Part shown: positions 9,859 to 19,141 of the stretch, piece by piece
Numbering within the stretch: the first letter of the stretch is position 1
How the letters are laid out: every line of letters begins with the position of its first letter
Virus record (IMG/VR): IMGVR_UViG_3300032132_000754
Span: 104,117-168,116 of that record
DNA length: 64,000 bases
Source of the DNA: a virus
Direction: 5' to 3' (one strand)
Made by a program: the position numbers and the translations under genes
Notes under the pieces: generated by a model
The model's database searches: none
What the model was told of the DNA's origin: nothing
What the model saw: only the letters and a program-made list of their open reading frames with translations

Positions 9859-10865
9859 ACATTTTATGTTGTAAGCCCGACGGCGGTGCTTTTTATTACA
9901 TCACTAAAGGTTGGGAAGACGCTTTCAAAGCGCTAGGCCATAAGTTCGAACGTTGGGATGGCACTCCAGCACATCTAAAAAAGTACAAGCCTAATTTATA
10001 CCTTGGTTGCTCTGGATGGAGACAAGATTTTCCACAATGGGCAAAAGATGCGTTTGGAACTAAAGTCGCTATCCATGTTAATCCGTGGGGATCAACCAAA
10101 CTAACTCCAAAACCGCGTGAGCCTAATATTAACGAACCTACTCATGCTATTAAATGGGTAGAACAGCAAAATCCGGACTTCTTATTTTGTTATGCTATCC
10201 AAGCAGATATCGACGTTATGTGGAATAACTGGGAAAACAAAATTGCCCCAGTCATCCCGATGCCATGTGGTGGGAACTCAATCGCTCATGTCCCTGTAGC
10301 CAAAGACCAACGATATACATGCGATGTCGGATTTGTAGGTGGCAGATGGCCATATAAGGGTATTAACATTGATAAATTATTAATGCCAGTTATTAAATCT
10401 TGTAGCTCTCAAGTCTTTGGATGGGGCGGGTGGCCTAAAGGGCCTAAATTCAAGGGCCCAGCGAACGACGGCATGATTAACAAGCTCTTTTCGTCAGCTA
10501 AAATTTGTCCTTCGATAGTAGAACCACATACTTCACGATATGGAATTGATATTCCGGAAAGAATGTTCAAGGTTCCGCTTGGCGGAGGATTCACAATATG
10601 CGATCCGTGTAAAGGAATCGGTAGGTATGTTGACACTAAAATTTTTCCACTTGCTAAAAACGCTAAGAATTATTTAGACTTAGTCAAGCACTATTTAAAA
10701 CATGACGCTGAACGAGAAAAACTTCGCATACTTCAACGTAAAGCAATTCTAAAAGATCACACGTATTTTAGTCGTATACAAGGTTTCCTGAGGTTTTCTG
10801 GGCATGATCGCGAAGCAGAAGAGGCTCAGAAAAAAGTGGAGCAATTATTAAATGCAGTGGTATGA
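9843..10865 (+). CDS. GT-B glycosyltransferase, CgeB / Glyco_trans_1_2-like
   Basis: DVGFVGG, FGWGGW, ERMFKVPLGGGFTICD, LKDHTYFSRI. Confidence 0.85.
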   Translation: MSDKLNILCCKPDGGAFYYITKGWEDAFKALGHKFERWDGTPAHLKKYKPNLYLGCSGWRQDFPQWAKDAFGTKVAIHVNPWGSTKLTPKPREPNINEPTHAIKWVEQQNPDFLFCYAIQADIDVMWNNWENKIAPVIPMPCGGNSIAHVPVAKDQRYTCDVGFVGGRWPYKGINIDKLLMPVIKSCSSQVFGWGGWPKGPKFKGPANDGMINKLFSSAKICPSIVEPHTSRYGIDIPERMFKVPLGGGFTICDPCKGIGRYVDTKIFPLAKNAKNYLDLVKHYLKHDAEREKLRILQRKAILKDHTYFSRIQGFLRFSGHDREAEEAQKKVEQLLNAVV

Positions 10866-11166
10866 AAACACAGTTAATATAAACGGGACTGAGGTTTATG
10901 TCGAAGGAGTCTATAGGTCAGATGACGCCATGTTATTGATCCTTTATGAATTCGATCTAGACGAAACCGAACGTGGCCACTATTGTGCATGGAGTAAACC
11001 AGTAAATATGTGGTCTCACCAGGAGATCCTTGCAGAAGATGTTCGTTCCAAATACTTAGGGAAAGTTAAGAAGATTGAACAGAATTTGCATGCTCTGTTA
11101 GAAAAAAGGAAAACGGAGCAAAATGTATTTAAATTATCAGACCGAAAGGCTGACAACAAGGAGTAA
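10852..11166 (+). CDS. Hypothetical protein
   Basis: 104 aa ORF overlapping upstream stop. Confidence 0.65.
   Translation: MQWYENTVNINGTEVYVEGVYRSDDAMLLILYEFDLDETERGHYCAWSKPVNMWSHQEILAEDVRSKYLGKVKKIEQNLHALLEKRKTEQNVFKLSDRKADNKE
11125..11132 (+). promoter_or_regulatory. Class E motif GTATTTAA upstream of 11171 gene
   Basis: Identical octamer, followed by leader with AAGGAG SD. Confidence 0.5.
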
Positions 11167-11170
11167 CAAA

Positions 11171-11860
11171 ATGACAACCTTAGCAGTTGAAGCAACACCG
11201 CAAACTAATACAAAAGAAATCGAATTATCACCCAAGGCAACCGCATGGTGCCGCAAAGTAGCAGGAATCGCCATTAGGCGAGCTTTCCGAGTTAAGTCTT
11301 TAGAAGGACTTCGGAATTCATTGAACGCAGACAGCCTTCGATTCTTACTACTTCCGAAGATCTACCACCGAAAGCGAATCAGCCATACTGATCGCGAGTC
11401 CAAGGTCTTCCTCCACCCCGATTTTTTCGATGAGAAGGGCAACATCCGCCGTAAGCTACCTAAGCCAATGCGAGAAGAATTGAAGGCAGCTATCTATAAA
11501 GAAGTTGTGCATTTCGCTTTTAGTAGGACCAACACTGATTTCTACAAGGCTATGGTCCGCTGTTCATGGCGTGGGCAACGTGTCGATGGTGCTCTAGGAT
11601 CTTCAACCGAGGCCCGCACTGTGCTAGCTGAGAAGAAGCGAAAGAAATTGGCCCGACGACGTAAGGTCGTTGAAGTCCCCACTGGTCTTACCGAAGACGT
11701 CGAGATGTGGGATTTAGTAGAGGGCAAGAACGTTGTCGTCAAGGGCGCTAAGATTTTCCTAGCCGACGGCAAGATCAAGATCGCTCGTGGCGAACACAAT
11801 GGCAAGAAACTCCGTAAGATGCTTCCGGGCGGTGCGGAACTTGCAAAGCAATTAGCTTAA
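11171..11860 (+). CDS. Highly basic hypothetical protein (possible nucleic-acid binding)
   Basis: AAGGAG SD; R/K-rich; followed by terminator. Confidence 0.75.
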   Translation: MTTLAVEATPQTNTKEIELSPKATAWCRKVAGIAIRRAFRVKSLEGLRNSLNADSLRFLLLPKIYHRKRISHTDRESKVFLHPDFFDEKGNIRRKLPKPMREELKAAIYKEVVHFAFSRTNTDFYKAMVRCSWRGQRVDGALGSSTEARTVLAEKKRKKLARRRKVVEVPTGLTEDVEMWDLVEGKNVVVKGAKIFLADGKIKIARGEHNGKKLRKMLPGGAELAKQLA

Positions 11861-11866
11861 TATACT

Positions 11867-11897
11867 AGGGCGTCGAGGCTTTCTCGGCGCTCTTTTT
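11867..11897 (+). terminator. Rho-independent terminator
   Basis: AGGGCGTCGAG-GCTTT-CTCGGCGCTCT followed by T run. Confidence 0.8.
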
Positions 11898-11905
11898 GTA
11901 TTTAA
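11898..11905 (+). promoter_or_regulatory. Class E motif GTATTTAA, 5 nt before ATG 11911
   Basis: GTATTTAA-AAATC-ATG directly after terminator. Confidence 0.65.
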
Positions 11906-11910
11906 AAATC

Positions 11911-12288
11911 ATGGCTAAAATTACGATAAAATGCGTCGACTGTAAGTGCCCAAGAGAAATCCAATTTGCTCACCGAGCTTTGATTAAGCGTTGCAAAGAT
12001 TGTCAAGTAGAATTCAATCGAAATCAAGCCCGAGATAGGTATAGAAAAAAGAACGGCATCCCGTTAGATGCTCCGCTCATTACCCCAAGGCCGAAACGTA
12101 AAAAGAAGAAAAAAGAAGTTGACGACTTTCTAGACGAAGCAGTAGTCACTGACGCCTGGGGCAACATTGTAGAAAAAACTGAAAAAGTTGTAAGAAATGT
12201 GACTCCTGAAGAAGAAGAACGTCGCAATAAAGCCCTACAAAAACTTTTCAATATGATCGATGACGATTCTACAACGGACGATTGGTAG
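11911..12288 (+). CDS. CxxC...CxxC Zn-finger protein
   Basis: CVDC..RCKDC, basic patch. Confidence 0.7.
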   Translation: MAKITIKCVDCKCPREIQFAHRALIKRCKDCQVEFNRNQARDRYRKKNGIPLDAPLITPRPKRKKKKKEVDDFLDEAVVTDAWGNIVEKTEKVVRNVTPEEEERRNKALQKLFNMIDDDSTTDDW

Positions 12289-12289
12289 C

Positions 12290-12697
12290 CTAAGATAAGC
12301 CAGATGCTGACTTCTTAAGAATCCTAAGGACGTCCGGATAAATGTCTTTAAGACCCCAGGCATCTAACGGTGTAAACCATTCTAATTCAGAAAATTCGCT
12401 ATTAGGATTAGCTTCGCCGCCGATTTTCCGACATACAACATAAGTAATGCCGGAACGCCACTCACAAGGTTGGCTCCATCCATCGGCTTTTACTTTAAAC
12501 CCAGTCTCTTCAAAAGTCTCACGAACAGCAGTAGCTCCAGGACATTCGCCGTCTTCGGCGTGTCCTGCTGGCATACACCATTTACCTTTACGGTCATCCG
12601 TGTTTGTAGCTTTTCCAAGAAGAATGCGGCCTGCGTCGTCGTATACTACCGCGACTGAAGCGATATGTTGTTCTTCAGACAGTAAAGACAATTTCAT
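12290..12697 (-). CDS. Nudix hydrolase with MKLSLLSE N-terminal tag
   Basis: Nudix box GHAEDGECPGATAVRETFEETG. Confidence 0.92.
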   Translation of the reverse strand: MKLSLLSEEQHIASVAVVYDDAGRILLGKATNTDDRKGKWCMPAGHAEDGECPGATAVRETFEETGFKVKADGWSQPCEWRSGITYVVCRKIGGEANPNSEFSELEWFTPLDAWGLKDIYPDVLRILKKSASGLS

Positions 12698-13185
12698 CAG
12701 TTATAAGTGAATCCAGCTACTAGCGTGTCAGCAGTAGGTCTTACGTCATTTTGTACAGTGACGTCTAACGTAGTTCCAGAAGTTCCAGAAGGAATAACGA
12801 TTCTAGCTGCTGTTTTTGTTCTAGCTTGGATAATGGCAACTTTGTCACCAATCTTGATAGTTAAATTTCCAACTTCTAAAAAGTCTCCGGCTATAATTGC
12901 GATATCCCCGGCATCTCCGAAGCTTGGATTTAAATCGGATATTGTTGGTTGGCTGACATTTAATGTATCCAAACCACCACCAGAAGAAGCCGGGATTCCA
13001 TCGTCTGCAAAATCATGTAGAGCACCGCACATCATGCATTGCATGTCCGAGTTCTGTCCTGGACCGTTGTCTTTCCACCATTGACGCCATACTTCCTCTG
13101 GGAAAGCTTCGTTATGAATGACTTGTGGGCCGACCGGTTGTGATGGTCCGCAATAAGCGCAATGAAATTTTAATTCTGCTGGCAT
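12697..13185 (-). CDS. Zn-finger plus IPT/TIG-domain protein
   Basis: CAYC..CMMC; PTISDLNPSFG...FTY. Confidence 0.75.
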   Translation of the reverse strand: MPAELKFHCAYCGPSQPVGPQVIHNEAFPEEVWRQWWKDNGPGQNSDMQCMMCGALHDFADDGIPASSGGGLDTLNVSQPTISDLNPSFGDAGDIAIIAGDFLEVGNLTIKIGDKVAIIQARTKTAARIVIPSGTSGTTLDVTVQNDVRPTADTLVAGFTYN

Positions 13186-13193
13186 GTTTTATC

Positions 13194-14150
13194 CTAACCT
13201 GGGACCGGAATTCTTCGGATTAACCCAATTTCGCCTGGGCCGCCGAGCGCACCGTTGCCTGTTCCCGCCGCCCCGCCAGGGGATCCACCGGCCACAGTAA
13301 CTGTGCCAGTGACTATCATTCCAGTAAAAAGAGCCAATAACATGCCGCCGCCTCCGCCGCCTCCGCCGCCTCCGTCGCCGCCTCCTTGATCAATGGCGGG
13401 GGTACCATTTGTGGCGTCTAAACTGATTGTGCCTTCCGCAATGTCTCCATTTACTTCTATAACTACTAATCCGCCGCCCCTACCACCGTTGCCAGCAGTG
13501 GCATTGACTCCGTCATCTCCAGCACCACCACCACCTCCAGGCGCAGCTATAATGCCATGTGGATGAATATCGGTCACCCAGCCTGGACGCCCGAGTGACT
13601 TCTGAGGAGGAAAATCGTTGGTGGTCGTTGATGCTGGATTGCCAATTCGGCCACCTCCAAACATGAAGCCCCTTCTAGTGCCTCGACCGCCAGCGCTATT
13701 GGCTGTAGTTCCTCCGCCATCACCGCCAGAAGATGAAGCGCCGCCATGGTACAAAGCATCTTGTATGCTTTGTGTGCCCTGTGCATTAGTGCCGCCTTGG
13801 ATTCCAGACCCAACGCCATTGATCGTGCCACCATTAACAAAATTGCCATTGCTACATTGAAAATGTACAGCTCGTATCGGAGCGCCCGTCCCTAAATTTA
13901 GAATTACGCCGCCGTTTATTGTGATGGATGTTGCTGGCACAAGATTGTTAATCCCTTGAGTGCTGGAATATACAACTGCCCCGGCAATCCCAGTTCCACC
14001 AGTAATGCGACCGACGCCAGTTAAACCAGAGTGATCGACGTTTCCGTGTTCATTTGGACTCAATACGCCATCTATAGTTTCGTGATCGATAGATGCGTGC
14101 GTCATGGCATCTAACTTATTTTGCACTAGTCTGTCTACATTAATTGTCAT
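13194..14150 (-). CDS. Gly-rich virion/tail-fibre protein
   Basis: Poly-Gly segments, GGRGGGLVVI, His-repeat N-terminus. Confidence 0.7.
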   Translation of the reverse strand: MTINVDRLVQNKLDAMTHASIDHETIDGVLSPNEHGNVDHSGLTGVGRITGGTGIAGAVVYSSTQGINNLVPATSITINGGVILNLGTGAPIRAVHFQCSNGNFVNGGTINGVGSGIQGGTNAQGTQSIQDALYHGGASSSGGDGGGTTANSAGGRGTRRGFMFGGGRIGNPASTTTNDFPPQKSLGRPGWVTDIHPHGIIAAPGGGGGAGDDGVNATAGNGGRGGGLVVIEVNGDIAEGTISLDATNGTPAIDQGGGDGGGGGGGGGGMLLALFTGMIVTGTVTVAGGSPGGAAGTGNGALGGPGEIGLIRRIPVPG

Positions 14151-15715
14151 TAGTCATGCCCCACATATGGTAAGCCAACAAAAACGTCTTCACCGGGGTC
14201 TAAAGTTGCTTCTATAACTACAAAATAGCGTTTTTCAGATCCTGGTTGAGCAGACAAGTTAGCATCTGTTAGGTTGACCACATTTCTTGATGCTGGCGCG
14301 CTGGCTAAGCCACTTTCGAAGACTGGATTAGATGTTGTTGCATCTTCTACATAGATTTTAATGTTGTATTGTCCAGTTCCTTTAATAGGAATGTCAATAG
14401 AACTAATCTGAGTGTCGTCTGGAGAAACTCGCCCTTCATAGGAAACGTGGATTTCTGAAGCGCCAGGGCTAGCGTTAGAAAGTCGATCCCACGATTGGAA
14501 GTCTCCCAGTAAAGTAGGGGCGTCAGTGTCACCACTTGCTAATCCACTTACAATATCGTAAACTCCGGTAGCCAGGTGAGAATATGTAGTAGTTGCTGAT
14601 GCACCAGATCCTGGATTAGTCTGAGTCAAGACCATGGTGACATTGACTAAACGGAAATCTCCTGTATGGTTCCCAGTACCTCCGGTACGCCTCGCGAGCT
14701 TCAAAGCAACTACGTCGCCCGGATGGAGGCTCGCCGCTGGAAGAGTTCGGAAGGACACAGAGCGCTGTGGGCCAGTTGTATTACTCGGAACTAATCCAAA
14801 AGAAGAAACACCAACTATATCGACTGTGTTATCTACAATATTGGCAATTTCACCTTCAGTGTCTAGCTGAATTTCTCCACCAGCTTCAGCTACACTAGTG
14901 AAATAAGTTGCTGTGAAATGAACGTCCGAAGTGCCATCCCATTCTTCTGGGATAGTAAAAATTGTTTTTTGTTCAACATCCGAGCCAGTTGGATAGTCAG
15001 TGACTGGAATCTCACCAACAAAACCGTTGGTTGGTATTGGCTCGTCTGTCATTAGAAAAACGTCGGCAACTACGGATCCTGCAGCCGCCGGGGTTCGACC
15101 AGTGTAACGATAACTCCAACGAAGAACCTCGAAGTCTCCTGTGTGCAAGTCGGTTGTTGGTGAAGACGCGCCCAAGCGAGTAATATTAACTACAATGACG
15201 TTTCCGGCAGCAACATTTGCTGAATCGATGGTCAGCAGAATAGCGCGTTGTACATCAGTTGAATTTGCTGGCATGAAGCTAGCGATTGTTGGGCCGGTGT
15301 TGACGATTGTCATTCCAGTAACGATTTCGACGATAGAAATGTCTACTTGAACGGTTAGGTCAGCAACTTCGGCTGTACTCATTCGATGTGTTACTAAAAG
15401 TTCTACATCGCCACTATCATAATCGTCTGGGATTGAAAATTCTAATTTTTCACCTTGATCTGCCCCATCTTGATAGACAGAAGTGTTGAATTCGCCGAAT
15501 ACGCCAGCTGGTGGAAGTGAAGTGCCGGAGACTTCTTGTGTAAAAACAATGTCTCTAGACAAGGCTGTAGTAGCAGAAACCAACCCGGTCCCGCCGCCAG
15601 GCCCTCCTTGCGCGTCTTCAAAAGATGCGAAAGAGAATCCAGCAGTTAATACTTGGTCTGGATTAGCCCCAATGATAGAAATCTGATCGGCTCTTGGCCC
15701 TATTCTAGCTGGCAT
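14150..15715 (-). CDS. Putative virion structural protein with internal duplication
   Basis: Two F[ST]IP[DE][DE][YW]D..HTGDF modules plus a C-terminal domain similar to 15705-16211; start ATG 15715. Confidence 0.65.
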   Translation of the reverse strand: MPARIGPRADQISIIGANPDQVLTAGFSFASFEDAQGGPGGGTGLVSATTALSRDIVFTQEVSGTSLPPAGVFGEFNTSVYQDGADQGEKLEFSIPDDYDSGDVELLVTHRMSTAEVADLTVQVDISIVEIVTGMTIVNTGPTIASFMPANSTDVQRAILLTIDSANVAAGNVIVVNITRLGASSPTTDLHTGDFEVLRWSYRYTGRTPAAAGSVVADVFLMTDEPIPTNGFVGEIPVTDYPTGSDVEQKTIFTIPEEWDGTSDVHFTATYFTSVAEAGGEIQLDTEGEIANIVDNTVDIVGVSSFGLVPSNTTGPQRSVSFRTLPAASLHPGDVVALKLARRTGGTGNHTGDFRLVNVTMVLTQTNPGSGASATTTYSHLATGVYDIVSGLASGDTDAPTLLGDFQSWDRLSNASPGASEIHVSYEGRVSPDDTQISSIDIPIKGTGQYNIKIYVEDATTSNPVFESGLASAPASRNVVNLTDANLSAQPGSEKRYFVVIEATLDPGEDVFVGLPYVGHD

Positions 15716-16211
15716 TTGATTGTCTCGCAAACGGTCGAGTGCAACGCACGAAATCGTTTAAATCAACGAAAGCACGTAGAACTAGGAAATATTTTCCATC
15801 GCCAGTTGGTTGGTCTAAAAAGTCCACGCCAGAAGTTAGGGTGGTTTCGGACAGTGTTAAAGTTGGGGCTAAAACACCGCTGTCATAGACGGGGTTAGCC
15901 GTAATGGCACCTTCCATATAAAGAAGGAGTTGATATGTTGTACCAGCGGTGCCTTTAATTTGAATCTTGATTTCCTCGACTTTTGTCTCAGTCTCGGCCA
16001 ATCGTCCTTGATAGGCGATGTCTAGAGACTGAGTATTGTCTAAACCTTCAACTTCATCGAGTGATTCAAAGTCTCCGACAAAGTCTGGATATTCAGTATC
16101 GCCACGAACCTTAGCTGGATCGCTGGGATTTCCGAAGACACCTTGGTTAAGGTAAGCTTTCCGGAAGAATCTTAACTGTTTATTTCTTGGTCCAAATGGG
16201 TCGTTAGGCAT
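15705..16211 (-). CDS. Putative structural protein, paralog of neighbour's C-terminal domain
   Basis: YQGRL..IKG..NPVYDSG..KYFLVL versus YEGRV..IKG..NPVFESG..RYFVVI. Confidence 0.65.
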   Translation of the reverse strand: MPNDPFGPRNKQLRFFRKAYLNQGVFGNPSDPAKVRGDTEYPDFVGDFESLDEVEGLDNTQSLDIAYQGRLAETETKVEEIKIQIKGTAGTTYQLLLYMEGAITANPVYDSGVLAPTLTLSETTLTSGVDFLDQPTGDGKYFLVLRAFVDLNDFVRCTRPFARQSNAS

Positions 16212-16225
16212 GATGTATCCATTTA

Positions 16226-16233
16226 TATATTTG
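16226..16233 (-). promoter_or_regulatory. Class L motif CAAATATA heading structural operon
   Basis: In the 27-bp gap before 16211. Confidence 0.5.
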
Positions 16234-16238
16234 ATGTT

Positions 16239-16898
16239 TTAGTTAGACGTTGATGAAAAGTCTGTTTTCGAACAAGTCATTGCTAACTTCGTTCTGGCTT
16301 CTATCGTTGGGTCATTGGTAGGACTAAAAAACATAACCATGAACAATCTGCCAGTATTAGGCCCACGACCGAAATATCTCATGCTACGATGAAACTGATC
16401 ACCTTTATAAATGACCAACCGATTGTATTGATTGCTAATGCAATCTAATAATTCCCATTTAGTTTCATCATATGCGTCTTGTACGCATTCATTATAATCT
16501 TCTTGAGATAAACCGATTGTGCTCTTAGCGCCAGTCGCTTTATGGCGGAATAATCCAGTTCCAGAATTTGACGGTGCATCTGGAGTTAACGGCAAAACAA
16601 CAGCCCATTCATCTAGATCTGCATGGATCCAACTAACGTGATATGACCATGCTAGTTGGAAATAAAATGAAAGTTTAGCTTTGGGATTAGGAGAGCCAGT
16701 AATCTGCCCAAGTGAAGATTTTAATAATTCAGTCCAGGATTCTCGATCTTCTGGTAGCATTTCTGCTCGAACACCTGGGAAAATTCCAAAATTTCCTCCG
16801 CCCTCTTGATATTCTAATCCTAGAGCATATTGTCTAGTTAAATCAGGATTGGAAAGAAAATTATCAACCGTTATTAGCTTCGTTTGGGCCACTGACAT
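16239..16898 (-). CDS. 2OG-Fe(II) oxygenase-like protein (DUF6445-like)
   Basis: VDNFLSNPD, FPGVR, WIHAD, SGTGLFRH, NRLVIY..FH, RLFMVMFF. Confidence 0.8.
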   Translation of the reverse strand: MSVAQTKLITVDNFLSNPDLTRQYALGLEYQEGGGNFGIFPGVRAEMLPEDRESWTELLKSSLGQITGSPNPKAKLSFYFQLAWSYHVSWIHADLDEWAVVLPLTPDAPSNSGTGLFRHKATGAKSTIGLSQEDYNECVQDAYDETKWELLDCISNQYNRLVIYKGDQFHRSMRYFGRGPNTGRLFMVMFFSPTNDPTIEARTKLAMTCSKTDFSSTSN

Positions 16899-17544
16899 CC
16901 TCCGAGTACACCATAAAAGTAGTTACGATTAACTTCGGGTTACTAATAGGCGTTTTGCCTTCGTGCGGATGAGTAAAACCTGCTGGAAACCAAACGACTT
17001 TACCCATTTCTGGTTTCACTTTGGCGTTCTGAATTGGGAAGCAAGTTTCACCACCCTCTTCAACATCATTTAAGTAGATAATTACAGCCAATTCTCTATT
17101 GCTTGAGCCGATGGAATTGCGGTCAACGTGTGGCTTAAAACCATCTTGGCCATTATTTAAGTAATACTGTATCTGAAAACCCGTGTTTTCGAGTCCAGAA
17201 TCTGCGCATACGTAGTAAAGCGGCACAACATGTTGAACATAAAGAGGTCCAGTTTTACCAATAGCTTCTTTAAATGCTGTAGCTATTTTAATCCATCTAG
17301 GATCTTTGGCTACTTCACTACAAACATCCAGGTCTAGCGATGACTTTGAACCTTTGTTTACAGAGCCTGTTGCGTAGTTTGTTCCAGTCATTCCTTCGAA
17401 TTTGTTTGGAGAATCCATAAATAAAGCATATGCTTCTCTACATATTTCTTCAGAAACAACATTGCGGTATTCTTTAATAAAAGTTTCGCCCACAGTTGGC
17501 CAATCCATAGTTGGCTCTGGAATTGTATAATTTACAACGCCCAT
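16864..17544 (-). CDS. 2OG-Fe(II) oxygenase, prolyl-4-hydroxylase-like
   Basis: PHVD, IIYLNDVEEGGET.F, FPAGFTHPH, K. Confidence 0.9.
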   Translation of the reverse strand: MGVVNYTIPEPTMDWPTVGETFIKEYRNVVSEEICREAYALFMDSPNKFEGMTGTNYATGSVNKGSKSSLDLDVCSEVAKDPRWIKIATAFKEAIGKTGPLYVQHVVPLYYVCADSGLENTGFQIQYYLNNGQDGFKPHVDRNSIGSSNRELAVIIYLNDVEEGGETCFPIQNAKVKPEMGKVVWFPAGFTHPHEGKTPISNPKLIVTTFMVYSEDVSGPNEANNG

Positions 17545-18110
17545 TAAGTTCCCCTAATACAAACTAACGCTACATGGGCTATAGGGATCATGACGCAAAT
17601 ACGACCTTTTAATCCCATGACTGGAACAGTCAAATTAATTTGCTCGGTTTCTCCAGAAGTGAAAGTCAACGTTCTTGGCGAAGGTGTGTCCAACATCGGA
17701 GCACCATCGTAGTCTTGCAATTCTACTTCTAAACCGTCTGGTGCCTCAGCACAAGTCAATTTATATGTCACTGTTGCGTCAGCAGTTTTATCTAAATCAG
17801 CCATATGTGGAACAGGGGTTCCATCGACAACAGCTGTTAAGACATATTTTAATTGCAATCCTGTTCCTGACCAGAAATAGTCTTCGATATGTAGTACAGC
17901 ACAATCACAAGTATAGTCGTAAGCAAGACAATCACAGTCATATGGAATACATTCCACAAACCCGTCGTCATTTATAAAAGCATCGCGCAATTCTTGCATG
18001 CTTTGATCTGGCACGTCTGGGTCGGACAAATCTTTACCAATCCAAGCACCAGGGTGGTCTAAAGAAGCTCCAAGCCTACCCGTTAGATCATACCAAATGT
18101 AATGTCTCAT
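17544..18110 (-). CDS. Hypothetical protein (Cys cluster; possible fibre accessory)
   Basis: CIPYDCDC..CDC; between fibre and oxygenase genes. Confidence 0.65.
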   Translation of the reverse strand: MRHYIWYDLTGRLGASLDHPGAWIGKDLSDPDVPDQSMQELRDAFINDDGFVECIPYDCDCLAYDYTCDCAVLHIEDYFWSGTGLQLKYVLTAVVDGTPVPHMADLDKTADATVTYKLTCAEAPDGLEVELQDYDGAPMLDTPSPRTLTFTSGETEQINLTVPVMGLKGRICVMIPIAHVALVCIRGT

Positions 18111-18112
18111 AT

Positions 18113-18604
18113 TTATCCTGCAGCTTCAAAGCTTACACCAGCTTGGCCATTTACCGCACCGCCCCAGTAAACAACTCTCACAGTCACTGTATTACTACCT
18201 ACGCCCTGCACATTGTTCACACTTGTTCCGGCAGTATCAGGCTGTGTATTACGTTGACTCGATGCTCCAGCGGCCATTCTCCAAACAAAACCTGGACCAA
18301 AATTGAATGAAACAACATTAGGCCCGCCAGTATTAATAGTACCAGTGGCACTGCCAGCATTAAATGAATTAAATCCTGCCCCTTGCGCGCCTGTATTGCC
18401 CTGGTTGCCTTGATTGCCTTGGCCACCTTGTGCTCCCTGTGGACCTTGTGCTCCCTGTGGGCCTACAGCGGAAACTGTAACCTGGCCAGGAGCAGTTTGA
18501 GACACACCGCCAGACGGAAACTCTAAAGATCTTAAATTAGTAGTGTTCTGAGGAACACCACCGATGGTGATTTGTCCAATACTTGGTGGGAATGATCTTG
18601 GCAT
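18113..18604 (-). CDS. Short collagen-like (G-X-Q) fibre protein, copy A
   Basis: GPQGAQGPQGAQGGQGNQGNQG. Confidence 0.8.
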   Translation of the reverse strand: MPRSFPPSIGQITIGGVPQNTTNLRSLEFPSGGVSQTAPGQVTVSAVGPQGAQGPQGAQGGQGNQGNQGNTGAQGAGFNSFNAGSATGTINTGGPNVVSFNFGPGFVWRMAAGASSQRNTQPDTAGTSVNNVQGVGSNTVTVRVVYWGGAVNGQAGVSFEAAG

Positions 18605-18608
18605 AACT

Positions 18609-18616
18609 TATTTTTG
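18609..18616 (-). promoter_or_regulatory. Class L motif CAAAAATA, 4 nt before ATG
   Basis: CAAAAATA-AGTT-ATG. Confidence 0.65.
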
Positions 18617-18619
18617 TAC

Positions 18620-19111
18620 TTATCCTGAAGCTTCGAAATTTACACCAGCTTGGCCATTTACAAAACCACCAAGGTAAACAACTCTAACAGTTACTGTGCT
18701 AGTACCAACGCCCTGGACATTTTGCACGCTTGTTCCGGCAGTATCAGGCTGTGTATTGCGCTGGCTGGATGCGCCATGTGCCATCCTCCATATAAAACCT
18801 GTACCGAAGTTGAATGAAACAATATTAGGGCCGCCAGTATTAATTGTGCCAACGCCACTGCCAGCTGTAAATGATGAGTATCCTGCACCGACTAATCCTG
18901 TATTGCCTGCATTTCCTTGGTTGCCTTGGTTGCCTTGTGCTCCCTGTGGTCCCTGTGCCCCTTGAGCACCTGGAACTGAAACAGTAACCTGACCAGGAGC
19001 AGTTTGAGACACACCGCCAGACGGAAACTCTAAAGATCTAATGTTAGTATTGTTCTGTGGAACACCACCGATAGTTATTTGTCCAATACTTGGTGGGAAT
19101 GATCTTGGCAT
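18620..19111 (-). CDS. Short collagen-like (G-X-Q) fibre protein, copy B
   Basis: GAQGAQGPQGAQGNQGNQG. Confidence 0.8.
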   Translation of the reverse strand: MPRSFPPSIGQITIGGVPQNNTNIRSLEFPSGGVSQTAPGQVTVSVPGAQGAQGPQGAQGNQGNQGNAGNTGLVGAGYSSFTAGSGVGTINTGGPNIVSFNFGTGFIWRMAHGASSQRNTQPDTAGTSVQNVQGVGTSTVTVRVVYLGGFVNGQAGVNFEASG

Positions 19112-19115
19112 AGCT

Positions 19116-19136
19116 TATTTTTGTACTAGTAGATAT
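19116..19136. promoter_or_regulatory. Back-to-back class L (-) and class E (+) motifs
   Basis: CAAAAATA-AGCT-ATG (-) and GTAGATAT-TCCAA-ATG (+) within a 30-bp gap. Confidence 0.6.
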
Positions 19137-19141
19137 TCCAA

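Larger units (their letters stand above)
18113..19126. repeat. Direct tandem duplication with 507-bp period, including upstream motif
   Basis: Two 163-aa paralogs with 25 aa differences by manual count; both preceded by GTACAAAAATAAG.TATG. Confidence 0.9.

Noticed and set aside
18113-19111. Diversity-generating retroelement TR/VR pair
   Set aside because: Both copies are full ORFs, differences are not adenine-restricted (e.g. GCG vs TTT), and no reverse transcriptase is in the window.
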